The notes under the pieces are model-generated. The model worked only from the letters and a program-made list of their open reading frames with translations, was not told the origin of the DNA and made no database searches. Below, one piece after another: positions 40,867 through 54,140 of a stretch of DNA of 64,000 nucleotides. The translations under genes were made by a program, and so were the position numbers. Source of the DNA: Octopus sinensis (Eukaryota); NCBI RefSeq assembly GCF_006345805.1, contig NC_042998.1, positions 164,982,001 through 165,046,000 of the forward strand, given 5' to 3'. Positions within the stretch are counted from its first letter, which is position 1, and every line of letters starts with the position of its first letter.

Positions 40867-42656
40867 ATATATATATATATATATATATAAATGAGCAAAC
40901 CAGGAACGATCTTTCCTCGGGTCGATGAATAACTCTTAGTAACTTGTAGAATATAAAGAAGTTTTTCAGTAGCATTCTTTCGGGTGTTTGTTTTAATACA
41001 CTATCTTTTTATGTATATAATCAATAGCTGACAACATGGAATTAAGGAACCGACGAAGAAGAAGAAAAAGAAAAAGAATCAATCCCAGTAATTGCTTGAA
41101 TGGTAATTTATTTATCTATGGAAATTTATTTAACCACCAAGGTTAGGAGATGAAATTAATCTCGACCAGATTTGAACTTAGAGTATAAGGAACCGGAACT
41201 AATATTAAAAGGTAGTCTCTCCAACACGTTATTGCCTTGCTGTTTCAATGCCTTCTCGTTACTAACACACGCCATTAATCACCGAGGGCTATATGACAGC
41301 AATTGTTATATATGTACGTCAATATAACATTACTCCACTAAACTTTTATATCATACCACAGGTCAGTGAGAGCGTTCTTATTCGGTTATTGGACCAGCTA
41401 GATATAGTAGCCACATTTTACTCAAATCACATGCAACTGCTTTTAAAAGAAAAGGAAAATATGCATTTATATATTATTTATATATAATAGTCTTAGATGC
41501 AACACTGTCCGCAGTGATTTCAGGTGGGGTACCTTTAATAATATACCGACTTTTTCAGAGGTGATCTAGGTTAACAGCTATATGGACAATATATACGAAG
41601 TAGTCTACAATTTCTATAATCAACAGCGAAGCTTGAATATCACCGCCTACTTCAACGTTTCCCAATTTCCCTATACTTCTGCACTTGCAAAACGTCTACA
41701 TGGAAATTATATACCTTTATCAACCTTTTGCTTTATCTTACGTGAAGTTTATTTAAAATAAGTGATTACAGAAAAGACTAAACAAATCATGAAATTCTAT
41801 TTAAAAATTTTGTCAGTGCTAAACTCACCAGACGCCAGAAAGATGGTTTAAGAAATTTCGTCTTAATCTATATCTTGTTTAGACCAAATTCCTGTAAAAT
41901 GTCATAACAGGATGCCATTTTCTCCCGTAAAGTCTTCATACTGTCTCCACATACAGGTATTCTATATATGCCAAGCGTAGGAATTAAAAGTAAAAAAATG
42001 CATTTTTATTACAATCAGCCTATTTGTCAAAATATGTCACGGGCACTTCAGATTTCTCACGGCAAACCTTGGTGTTATCTCACGAAACAGTTGGGTACCT
42101 AGAAATGCCGCTTTGGAAACCCTGTCCTACAGTCTTAGAAATAACAGATAGCACTCGATAACATTTTTAGATATATACCATTGATATTTCTTAATACAGT
42201 TCTAGATATACACAGTCGATGTTGAATAGGGCTCAAAGTGAGAAAACCATTGAAGAAAACTTATATTTTTCGGGGAGGGGAGATAGCATAATAGTCTTAA
42301 GACCACGTTATTCAATTTCTCTTCTTGCCTTTTTGATAAAGTGGAGCGAGATCAAATGAAGATCTGACACTTGTTTCTTGCAGAGCAAGTAACCATGTAA
42401 AGGTGCTTCTTTTAACAATGTAGATATTTGGTCATAGGCGCTGCTTAATTAAGGCAAAGCTGAGAGTAAACAGCAACAATACTCTGAATGACAAGAGTAT
42501 ATGATCTGGATCGTACATACTCGTAAATATAAGCCAATTTAGATTGATCATTAAGATTCAGACTTAATGGTTTATACGTGCACGCATACATACTCACATA
42601 CAGACATACGTACATACATACATACACACACACATATATTATATATATATACATAC

Positions 42657-42687
<31 letters not shown>

Positions 42688-43229
42688 TATACATTTATAT
42701 ACACATATATTTATATATATATGAGAGTGAGAGAGGAGGAGAGGGGAGAGATGGATGGATGATATTGCCAAACATCTTATTCAGAAATGCGGTCTTCGTC
42801 ATGAACTTCATATTAAAAAAAAAAGAAGTCCCCTCTCACCCACCCAAAATTATACATACATACACATATATACATACATTCTTACATACATATATATACA
42901 AAGGTTTTTAAACCTTAGCTGCAATACAAACCTCGCTATCACATTAAGGTATGCAGCAATTTTATATAGATTGATGACAAAATGGCGTGACACTAAATCA
43001 GTGCATAGGCTGGGCAACAAAGGCGGAAATAACAGTTTGTTTAAAACAAAGTCTCCATTTATGTCGCACGTTATCAGTTATATTAGTGATAATGTTTAGT
43101 TTGTACGGGGCCGGGAGAAAGGGGTGTAAGAAGGGTTTAATAAATAGTAGCGTTGTAGCAAGGATTATATGTACGACAAATTTACACACCTAAATACACA
43201 CGCTTACGTATAGACAAGCACACACATTC

Positions 43230-43270
43230 ATATATATATATTTATATATATGAGAGTGAGAGTATGTATG

Positions 43271-43304
<34 letters not shown>

Positions 43305-43469
43305 TGTATGTATGTATATATGTACACACGCAAACACGCAAAATGTCCATCAATCTATCCCGCCACCTCTCACTGTTCGTCTGTCTAGTTGTCTGTCTTT
43401 CTGTCACAGTCTTTAGATATATACATAATGTACATACATATATACATACATACATACATACAGACATAC

Positions 43470-43542
<73 letters not shown>

Positions 43543-43681
43543 CATACATACATACATATACATACATACAGACATATATATATATTTATATATACATGTA
43601 TATATACATGTATAAGTATATATGTATATATGTATATATATATATATCTATATATATATATTATATATATATATATATGTA

Positions 43682-43730
<49 letters not shown>

Positions 43731-43746
43731 ATATATATATATATAA

Positions 43747-43823
<77 letters not shown>

Positions 43824-43830
43824 TGTATAT
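43230..43830. repeat. (TATG)n/(TACA)n/(TA)n field
   Basis: Direct reading. Confidence 0.95.
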
Positions 43831-44081
43831 GCTTGCTTGCATGCATAGAAGTATATATTTATATGCATACATGCGTTCACCTACACACGTCAGTTTTTGA
43901 AAATGTTTTAGAATCTCATAAAAGCACTACGTATCCGTTTAGATAATTTAATATTTATTTTAAAAAAACCCGAAGTGTTTGTAATTTGGAGCAGTTTATC
44001 TCCTCACTGTCGTTAAATTGAATATTACTCTGCGAATCTGATATTGTCATATTTGAAGTACAACTACTGGACTATAGAGTT

Positions 44082-44195
44082 TCTTCTTCTTCTTCTTCTT
44101 CTATTCTTCTTCTTCTTCTTCTTCTTCTTCTTCTCCTCCTCCTCCTCCTCCTCCTTCTTCTTCTTCTTCTTCTTCTTATTATTATTATAATTATA

Positions 44196-44293
<98 letters not shown>

Positions 44294-44300
44294 TATTATT
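44082..44300. repeat. Compound trinucleotide array (TTC)(CTC)(TTC)(TTA)
   Basis: Direct reading. Confidence 0.95.
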
Positions 44301-46750
44301 TAATTTTAATCGGCATGTTTGTTACAATCCCTTGCCGAGACACACACACATCCTAGGGCGAGTGAAGGATAAGAGATGTTCCAGTATGACTGAAAGCTTT
44401 GGGAAGGGAAGTTGCAAGGGCAGTAGCGAAATATGTCCATGTAATACAACACAGCCATTTAAATTGATAGGGTGTTTCTAAGGCTGTGGACAGTACTTGT
44501 CAGTACAATCTTTTGGATTTCTCTGAGACATGGTTCTCCTGAGATGTTGTCCAGATATTTCTGACATCCTTTTTTACCACACCTAGGGCACCTACAATAA
44601 CAGGAACAGTTCTTGCTTTAAGATGCCGCATCTTTTGTATTTCAGTGTTCAGGTCTTTATATTTACTTAATTAAGTAGTCAAATTCCTTTACATATATAT
44701 TTTTATCAGTGGGGACACTTATATTTATTAGTGTTCGAGTATTTTCTTCCCTGCCTTTTATAATTATGTCTGGATCGTTCTGTCGATGTTGACTGGTAAA
44801 TCCCAGAGGACAGTGACACTTTAACCTTCAACGACTGGCTCAGGATGATGTTCTACCAGTAAGCAGGACTGCCGATTTTGTAGTGTTTACATATTTTCAA
44901 TGTAAATATTGTCCTACCCAATCGTGGCCATGTTTTTATTCGTTTGATGGCAGCACAGGACATACTGAAACAAGATGATCAATTGTGTCGTCAGATGTGT
45001 CGCAAAATCTGCATTTGAAGAACGTTAGCCTGGTATTTTCTGGTAAGCAAGTTTGATCTTGTACCGCCAGTATGAAACCTTTAATCTCTGCTTCCAGTCC
45101 TAAACTTCTCATTCATTGGTGGGTTGTTGGTTTGTCTACATCAGCATTTCGACATCGTAGAATATATTGTCCATGCTGAGGCTTCAGGCTCCATCGCTCC
45201 TCAACTTGTTTCTGTCCATTCTTTTTTGCAGTCAGCTTGGTCCGTTTTGTTTGTTTGGTGGCAGTGGTTTCAGGTTCCTCATCTAATTCAGGGTTAATAC
45301 TAAGTTCCTTTGCGAATTTGTCAGCTTCCTTGACAATAGAATATGACTTATGCTGCTTTCATGTTTGCACACAAGCCGCAGCATCCAGTTCTCTTTACTA
45401 GATTAGCATCTGTTCCTTGCTATTGTGGAGATCTTACAGCACAGTTCTACCTGCATCAATCTTCTTTCCACATTACTTCTAGATAGGTACAGACAATCAA
45501 CGTCTGCTTCTGGGTGGTACATTTTCTCAGATGTTAGTAGTTTTTTTGTCTTTCTGTCCAGACGCTGGAGCTCCGTAGGATTCCAGTTAATGATGCTAAA
45601 ACTGTATTGGATTACTGGAAGTACCAGGGTATTAATGGCTTCGATGCGGTTTTTTGAGTTGAATTCAGTTTTCAGTATAAGTCTTATTCTCCTAAGTACT
45701 CCTTTATTATTTTTCCATCATAGTAGCATGTTGTATACTATCTCCGTTTATGCCCAGATATTTATAACTTCCTTGTGGATCAAGTTCCTTGATGGTAACG
45801 TCGGAATATAATTTGTCTGAGCTTGCCTCTTACAAAGGTTGCTTTAGCATACTTATAGAGGCCAAAATCCATCTTGGTGTCATTGCTAAGCTCTTTAACA
45901 GTTGGTAGCAGCCTAACTAGCTCTTGGTCATTTCTATGAAACAGCTTCAGAACGTCCATATAAAACAGATGGTTTATTATAGTGTTATAAATTTGTACCC
46001 ATACCTGGAGTTATTCACTTCGTTTGAGAGTTGGATCAGTGACATGCAAAATAGTAATGGGGAGGGGGTCACCTTGAAAGATGCCTCATTTGATGTTGAG
46101 GTTGTTGAATTGGCTCATCCCATTACTATAGTTTAGGAGGCGTGTGTTCCACTTGGCCAAGCTACCTTGTAAGAATTTGGAGACGACAGGAGAGAGCTTA
46201 TATGTCTCATGGGCTTTTAGTAGCCAATTATGTAGGACACTATCAAACGCTTTCCTCTAGTCTATCTATGCCATACTCAGGTTCTTTCTGCTAGGTCAAT
46301 TCTCTACATTTTATTTATTTGTAATTGATTATTGCATCCATAAGAATTTCTTTTGAAATCCTTTTTGAGCTTGTGGAAGGGTATAGTTCTGTTCAAGGAA
46401 AGCGTACATTCCTTCAATTAGTATGATGTGAAGATCTTGTGGCTGATGTTAAGACATGTTATTGGTCGGTAGGTCTTTGGATGTTTTGTGTCTTCAGTAT
46501 TTGGTAGAAGGTATGTAGTTCCTTCAGTCAGCCAGGCAGATATTTGCTCTGGGTTCTGGGTTATATCAGTTAGAGATGCAACGAAATTTTGGTGTACATC
46601 TGTCAAACAATTCAGCCAGAAGTTAGAGACCCGGTCCAGTCCTGGGGTTTTCCATTTATGAGACTTTCTAAGAACACATCTTAACTCTTCTATTCCTAAT
46701 GCCTCCGATTTCTGCTCTTCAACTTCATCCAGTCTCACTTTCTTATGCTC
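44300..46750 (-). mobile_element. Decayed R4/Dong-like non-LTR retrotransposon (RT, CCHC knuckle, restriction-like endonuclease)
   Basis: YRPITCL; INHLFYMDVLKL (YMDD mutated, 45951-45962); CRFC...TIDHLVSVC (44960-45013); KYKDLNTEIQKMRHLKARTVPVIVGALG; C-terminus IQKIVLTSTVHSLRNTLSI* with stop at 44459-44461; 3' end abuts a (TAA)n array. Many stops and frameshifts. Confidence 0.88.
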
Positions 46751-47482
46751 TACTCAGAGTAGTGGGAAACGCTTCTGGACCGTTTCAAATGGAGAATACT
46801 TTGAAAGCGATAAAATTGTAAACATATAAAGCTAAGTGTATTCTGTTAATAAAGGAGCTCTCAAGCAAAGAAATAGTCTTTTGAAAGAAATAGTGTCCCG
46901 GTTATTTTTTGATATAAAATAACATTACATGCAGCAAACAACGTGTATCTCAACAAAGTGAGAATCAAAAATCTAGTGTGATTAAAATAATGGACACACA
47001 CACGCACACACACATACACACACATCGATATGGGTTACGCGTGCGTAGGTATAAGGCCGTATGCATATATAGGCATAATTGCAAAACAAACTTTGAGTTG
47101 TTGTCTTGGTGATTACTAGTACAAATGAAATCAATTGCTAAATGTTTATTCATATACTCAAGTGCCATATATTATGGACATATCTTAAAAATCTCATACT
47201 TAAAGGTTGCTATTCGTATAGTTTATATTTCGATGTTTTGTATTTTCGTCGTTCACTTTTGAGTGATGAAGAAATTCCCTAGGACACGATTTATCATTCT
47301 TCTTTCTGCATGGTTAACGCAGCATACAAATGTTAATTTATTGGCGTGTGTATACATATATTCATAGACACATGAAGTCTTGCGCACCTATTTATGCTTG
47401 CCTGTATACATGCACATATATGTACATATGTATGGCTATATATATATAGGTTTAAATACGAGCACGCACATGCTTATATATA

Positions 47483-47699
47483 TGAGGAGGTGTTGAAAAG
47501 TTCTTGGCTTTAAGGGTATTGCAAAAGGCCTTGTTGGAAGTCCAACCCTCCGAGTTCTTTTACAGGTCTTAGAAAAACTGAAAGGCTGCTGCAATAAGTG
47601 TGTGAATCTGAGAGGGGAATATGTTGTATAAAATCATAATTATGTGATCCTCCCCTGTTTTCTTTTACCCAAAGCTAAGGGCTTTTCAACACCTCCTCG
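47483..47699 (+). mobile_element. Internally deleted mariner element (MITE) with TA target duplication
   Basis: TIRs TA|tgaggaggtgttgaaaagttcttggctt and aagctaagggcttttcaacacctcctcg|TA; interior encodes EKLKGCCNKCVNLRGEYVV*, like a mariner transposase C-terminus. Confidence 0.88.
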
Positions 47700-47727
47700 T
47701 ATATATGAGTGTGCGTGTGTGCATGTG

Positions 47728-47795
<68 letters not shown>

Positions 47796-48477
47796 CATCC
47801 ATCCATCCATCTATACACACACTCATAAAGTAAACGAAGATTGGGGAGAGTACAACTCAATAAACGAGACAATAGATAATATATGTAGACTTTATAATCG
47901 TTTATTGCAACAGCACAGTTGTCTCAATATATTGTATATTTAAAGGTTTGTAGCAATCTAGATTTTATAAAACAACAGGATCTTGGAAGCTTGTGTCAAC
48001 AGAAACAAAAAAAATGTAAAATGTAAGACAATATCATTAAAAATATGACAATAACGAAGAAATCTTATTTTCGTTTATTTAAACACTAAAACTGATTTAG
48101 AAAAGGATGACAAAAAAAATACAAATGAGAGGAAAAAAACGAGGAGGTTAAAGAAAATGTTTGTGTATATACATGTAACACGCTTCAGTTATTGAACGAG
48201 AACATGGTGGATCATTGTCGTAGAAAACATGGAACGCTTCATGAATTTGTGCTTCATCCCAGTGCAGAGGCCATGCTTACTCTCCTTGTATTATTTCAAT
48301 TCTAGAATATGTACTGCCGAAGCAAGTACACAATATGTGTCATACATAATGTGCGATACAATATATTGTATCATACATTATGCATATGCTATACCTATGT
48401 GTGTGTGTGTGTATGTCTGTGTGTGTGCGTGCATGTGTGTGCGTGTGTGTGAATGTGTGCGTGTGAGAATATATATA

Positions 48478-48862
48478 TCTCTCTCTATATAAACGGCAGT
48501 TTGTCTGTGTGTGTTTCTGTGTGTCTGTTTGGTTGTACCCTCACCCTGACCACGGCTTTCAACCGATTCTGATGAAACTTGACACACACATAGCCCAATG
48601 TCATAATTCAAAACTAACGCAGCGAAAATTTTGAAAAGTTCCCCCAGTTCTGAAAAAAAACGATAAATTCGACATGGGGTCGAGAATCAGAAACACAAAC
48701 CACAGACTGTCTAAGGGAAGCAACTCGACCTTTTTAACTCTCAAAAAAAAAATTACCATCATTTTTTTTCCACTTTTTTGCTATTTTTTGGCTATAACTC
48801 TCTAAAAATGATTTATAGTTATTTCCCTTACAAACCTGAGCAACGCCGGGCGATACTGCTAG
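48478..48862 (+). mobile_element. Non-autonomous Helitron-like element
   Basis: 5' TC...tatataaacggcagtttgtctgt; 3' GC-rich hairpin cctgagcaacgccggg followed by CTAG|T at 48859-48863. Confidence 0.7.
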
Positions 48863-48880
48863 TGTATATATATTTTCATA

Positions 48881-49463
48881 ATTATATACCTGAAAATCTC
48901 TGAGAATAACACACTGGATTGTAGACGAGAAAAGAAAGATAATGAATTACATTTTTGGTTAACCGTGTACAAGATCCTGTTTCAAGTTTAAAGTAGAAAA
49001 ATTGCTCTCATCAGCAACGATATTCCATAGTATAAATTTACGAGTATCCACACATACGCATATGAGCGGCTTCATCACACAGCCAATATATGTACACACT
49101 CATATAAATATATAATAACGTAGAATTCACATCTCTCTTTTGCAACCACATGTAGTATGTCAAGATATACTCTACAGTTAATGCAGTTTTGAACAAGGAA
49201 TACATTTTTCAAATATTAATTACAATAAAGGACAAAAATCATTAATGATTTTACCAGTGGGGTCAGCCGCTGGTATGCGTATGTGTGAATATTCGTAAAT
49301 TTATACTACGTTATACCGTTGCTGATGAGAGCAGCAAGTAATATTTTTCTACTTTAAGCTTGTAACAGGATCTTGTACATGGTTAACCAAAAGCTTAATT
49401 CATTATCTTTCTTTTCTCGCCTACAACCCAATGTGTTATTCTCGGAGATTTTCACGTAGTAAT
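48881..49463. mobile_element. Foldback/MITE with ~190-bp inverted arms (48881-49071 and 49265-49463)
   Basis: gaaaatctctgagaataacacactggattgtagacgagaaaagaaagataatgaatt matches the reverse complement of aattcattatctttcttttctcgcctacaacccaatgtgttattctcggagattttc. Confidence 0.85.
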
Positions 49464-50639
49464 AGCGTCTTTTGGCGACTATTTTTCCAGCGCGTGGAAG
49501 GGCTTATAGCCAATCCCTTGTTATAATTATGTATATAATTATTAAAATATTTGTAAAATTTACTTATAATGTTTTAAATGCATTAAATTTTAATGCATTA
49601 AATTCTTTTCAGAATGGTGCTATATAATTAACTACCTTACAACAAGTTAAACCTACAACGAGTTCTTAATTAAATAACCTGTCACAATGGTCGGCAACAG
49701 GAAAGCCGTAGCACTTTTTTTGAATAACAGATATTCTCTATGTGTTTTTGGATCTCTTTCTAAATAATTTGAGATTTGACATATTTGACGAGTCATTTTG
49801 AAACATTTGATTAGTCAGTTTGGCATGTTTGACAAGTCAATGAGTATGTGATGGCTTTAAGGTTATTTTGTGTCATGATTTCTCAAAATTTTGCTTTGGG
49901 TAAAGTATAAGAGCATCGGAGAAGATGCTTCGCTGTATTTGTTGTGGTTCTTGGCATACTGAGTTCAAATCCAGTCTTGTCATACTTCGTTCGTAGGCTT
50001 AATCACTTGACAAGTTTAGCTCCACCACCTGTCCTCAGTATAGCTTTACCGGACGCCAGTCATTGCTGGTATATAGACCTGGCCTTCTAGTTGAGTATAC
50101 CCCCACCTACTCCCCACAAGTCTTAAATGCCATGTAAAGACTCATAGGCTTTGCTTTTCTCTTCTGACTAAAGATATAAATCAATAAGTAAGTTCTTGAT
50201 AAATGTAACAGTAATGGAATCAGTGAGGACATGTAGAAATACTTGCGAAATCTCCCTCATGTTACAAAGTGCCAACAAATTCCGAAAGGCATATGGATGA
50301 TGTTAGCTAAGCGACATCATGCGCAAAGATATGATGTGATGGTCATTAGCTTCGACATACGTCTGCTTCTCCATCAACCTTGACCTGTATCTAGTCAAAA
50401 TAATCAACAGCAATGTTATACATAGTCACGCATTGAAATATATTTATATGTGTGCATAATCTTCGAGGATGGGATAGGATAGACGGAGGTAGTGAAAGTA
50501 TATGACTAAAACAAAGGACAACATTAAGTTCTTTTATACGGACACTTCCACTCACCATATGTTCGTGCCATATGTTCAGCTGTGAAGCGGTCATGGGGTG
50601 ACAAAGAAACACAGACATAAATATAAAGTTATATATATA

Positions 50640-50812
50640 TAATGTATGTATACAGCGGGCTTCTTTCAGTTTCCGTCTACCAAATCCACTCACAAGGCTT
50701 TGGTTGGCCCGAGGCTATATTAGAAGACATTTGCCTAAGACACCATGAAGTGGGACTGAAACCCGAACTATGTGATTGGGAAGTAAACTGCTTACTACAC
50801 AGCCATGCCTGC
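50640..50812 (-). mobile_element. Family 2 SINE 5' half
   Basis: gggcttctttcagtttccgtctaccaaatccactcacaagg...actacacagccatgcc. Confidence 0.8.
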
Positions 50813-50823
50813 CCTTATATTAC

Positions 50824-50854
<31 letters not shown>

Positions 50855-50870
50855 GTAGTAGTAGTAGTAA

Positions 50871-50934
<64 letters not shown>

Positions 50935-50992
50935 GGTGGTGGTGGTGGTGGTGGTAGTAGTAGTAGTAGTAGTATTGGTGGTGGTGGTGGTG

Positions 50993-51028
<36 letters not shown>
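50824..51028. repeat. Compound trinucleotide array (AAT)(AGT)(GGT)(AGT)(GGT)(AGT)
   Basis: Direct reading. Confidence 0.95.
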
Positions 51029-51096
51029 ATTCCAAAACTTACTGGGAAAATTCAATTTAATAATTTTAAATCAAATTTCACAATATATAATATATG

Positions 51097-51305
51097 TATA
51101 TAATTTAGAGAAAAACCACTATTAAACAATTCAATAAAGAAAGATGTTATTTACACAATATAGAAAACATATACTATTTACTTTCTACTATTTATTTTAC
51201 TTTATTGATTTAAAATAAGGGTTTTTATAGTAATGTTTTCTATATGGTGTGAATAACATCTTTCTTTATTGAATTGTTTAATAGAGGTTTTTCTCTAAAT
51301 TATAT
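51097..51305. mobile_element. Small AT-rich foldback/MITE with ~74-bp arms
   Basis: aatttagagaaaaaccactattaaacaattcaataaagaaagatgttatt versus aataacatctttctttattgaattgtttaatagaggtttttctctaaatt. Confidence 0.8.
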
Positions 51306-51495
51306 ATATATATATCATCATCATCATCATCATCCTCATTTAACGTCCGCTTTCCATGCTAGCATGGGTTGGACGGTTCAACTGGAGTCTGGGGAGCCCG
51401 AAGGCTGCACCAGGCCAGTCAGATCTGGCAGTGTTTCTACAGCTGGATGCCCTTCCTAACGCCAACCACTCCGAGAGTGTAGTGGGTGATTTTAT

Positions 51496-54140
51496 GTGCC
51501 ACCGACACAGGTGCCAGACGAGGCTGGCGAACGGCCACGCTCGGATGGTGTTTTTTTTTTGTGCCACCGACACAGGTGCCAGACGAGGCTGGCAGACGGC
51601 CACGCTCGGATGTGTGTTTTATGTGCCACCGACACAAGTGCCAGATGAGGCTGGCGAACGGCCACGATCGGATGGTGTTTGTTACGTGCCCACAGCACGG
51701 AGGCCAGTCGATGCGGTACTGGCTACGGCCACGTTCGGATGGTTTTCTTGTGTGCCACCGGCACTGGTACCACAAAGATACAAATTTCATTGATGTTCAT
51801 CTTTTTTGATTTGGTTTGATTTGATTTTTTTTGATTTTCACTTGCCTCAACAGGTATTCACAAGTGTCACATACTTGCCTCAACAGGTCTTCACAAGTGT
51901 CATAAGAAGGAAGGTATGCACAGGTAGACTGACTACGTCCCAGGTAGGGGCCACGGGTTATGGCCTGACTAGTCTTGCCGGGTCTTTGGATGGGTTTTTA
52001 TGTGCCCAACAACACAGGTGCCAGATGAGGCTGGCGAACGGCCACGATCGGATGGTTTTGTTACGTGCCCACAGCACGGAGGCCAGTCGATGTGGTACTG
52101 GCTACCGCCACGTTCGGATGGTTTTTGTGTGCCACCGGCATTGGTACCACAAAGATACAAATTCCATTGATGTTCATCTATTTTGATTTGTTTGATTGGA
52201 TTTGATTATGATTATGATTATTATTATTATTATTATTATTATTATTTATTATCACTTGCCTCAACAGGTCTTCACAAGTGTCATTTGATTTGATTAGCAC
52301 TTGCCTCAACAGGTCTTCACAAGTGTCATTTGATTTGATTTGCACTTGCCTCAACAGGTCTTCACAAGTGTCATAAGAAGGAAGGTATGCACAGGTGGAC
52401 TGACTACGTCCCAGGAAGGGGCCACGGGCTATGGCCTGACTAGTCTTGCCGGGTCTTCGGACAGGTGCCAGATGAGGCTGGCGAACGGCCACGATCGGAT
52501 GGCGTTTGTTATGTGCCCACAGCACGGAGGCCAGTCGATGCGGTACTGGCTACAGCCACGTTCGGATGGTTTTCTTGTGTGCCACCGGCACTGGTACCAC
52601 AGAGATACAGATTCCATTGATGTTCATCTATTTTGATTTGTTTTGATTTTTTTGATTTGTTGATTTGTTGATTTTCACTTGCCTCAACAGGTCTTCACAA
52701 GTGTCACAAGAAGGAAGGTATGCACAGGTGGACTCCCAGGTAGGGGCCACCACGATCGGATGGTGTTTGTTATGTGCCCACATCACAGAGGTCAGTCGAT
52801 GCGGTACTGGCTACGGCCACGTTCGGATGGTTTTCTTGTGTGCCACGGTACTGGTACACAAAGATACAAATTCCATTGATGTTCATCTATTTTGATTTGG
52901 TTGATTTGATTTTCACTTGCCTCAACAGGTCTTCACAAGTGTCACACACTTGCCTCTGCCTCAACAGGTCTTCACAAGTGTCACACATGCCTCAACAGGT
53001 CTTCACAAGTGTCATAAGAAGGAAGGTATGCACAGGTGGACTCCAGGTAGGGGCCACCACGATCGGATGGTGTTTGTATGTGCCCACATCACAGAGGTCA
53101 GTCGATGCGGTACTGGCGACGGCCACGTTCGGATGTTTTCTTGTGAGCCACCGGTACTGGTACACAAAGATACAAATCCATTGATGTTCATCTATTTTGA
53201 TTTGGTTTGATTTGATTTTCACTTGCCTCAACAGGTCTTCACAAGTGTCACACACTTGCCTCTGCCTCAACAGGTCTTCACAAGTGTCACACACTTGCCT
53301 CAACAGGTCTTCACAAGTGTCATAAGAAGGAAGGTATGCACAGGTGGACTGACTACGTCGCCGGGTCTTCGGATGGTGTTTTTATGTGCCACCGACACAG
53401 GTGCCAGATGAGGCTGGCGAACGGCCACGATCGGATGGTGTTTGTTGTGCCCACAGCACGGAGGCCAGTCGATGCGGTACTGGCTACGGCCACGTTCGGA
53501 TGGTTTTCTTGTGTGCCACCGGTACTGGTACCACAAAGATACAAATTCCATTGATGTTCATCTATTTTGATTTGGTTTGATTTTCACTTGCCTCAACAGG
53601 TCTTCACAAGTGTCACACACTTGCCTCAACAGGTCTCCACAAGTGTCACACACTTGCCTCTGCCTCAACAGGTCTTCACAAAGTGTCACACACTTGCCTC
53701 TGCCTCAACAGGTCTTCACAAGTGTCACACACTTGCCTCAACAGGTCTTCACAAGTGTCATAAGAGGGAAGGTATGCACAGGTGGACTGACTACGTCGCC
53801 GGGTCTTCGGATGGTGTTTTTATGTGCCACCGACACAGGTGCCAGATGAGGCTGGCGAACGGCCACGATCGGATGGTTTGTTTGTTGGCCCACAGCACGG
53901 AGGCCAGTCGATGCGGTACTGGCTACGGCCACGTTCGGATGGTTTTCTTGTGTGCCACCGGCACTGGTACCACAAAGATACAAATTCCATTGATGTTCAT
54001 CTATTTTGATTTATTTTGATTTGATTTTCACTTGCCTCAACAGGTCTTCATAAATGTCACAAGAAGGAAGGTATGCACAGGTGGACTGACTACGTCCCAG
54101 GTAGGGGCCACGGATTATGGCCTGACTAGTCTTGCCGGGT
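51496..54140 (-). repeat. Nested tandem array of the RTE 3' UTR (7 macro-units of ~300-490 bp)
   Basis: Module aagatacaaattccattgatgttcatc occurs 7 times (~51776, 52151, 52603, 52861, 53167, 53536, 53975); cttgcctcaacaggtcttcacaagtgtca occurs 18 times; GCCAG-N6-9-CTGGC hairpin modules recur. Confidence 0.92.

Noticed and set aside
51496-51560. Resemblance of module A (ggccg...gccagcctcgtctggc, minus strand) to the HDV ribozyme P3/L3
   Set aside because: No P1 3' strand follows the hairpin, and I could not build the P1.1/P2 pseudoknots or a J4/2 catalytic C.
51340-54019. Many overlapping ORFs in the RTE 3' array
   Set aside because: They arise from GC-rich repeated UTR modules; frames are not conserved between units.
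51840-54060. CRISPR-like 29-bp direct repeats (cttgcctcaacaggtcttcacaagtgtca x18)
   Set aside because: Spacers are a few bases or repeated modules rather than unique 30-40-bp sequences; there are no cas genes; the repeats lie in a eukaryotic LINE 3' UTR.
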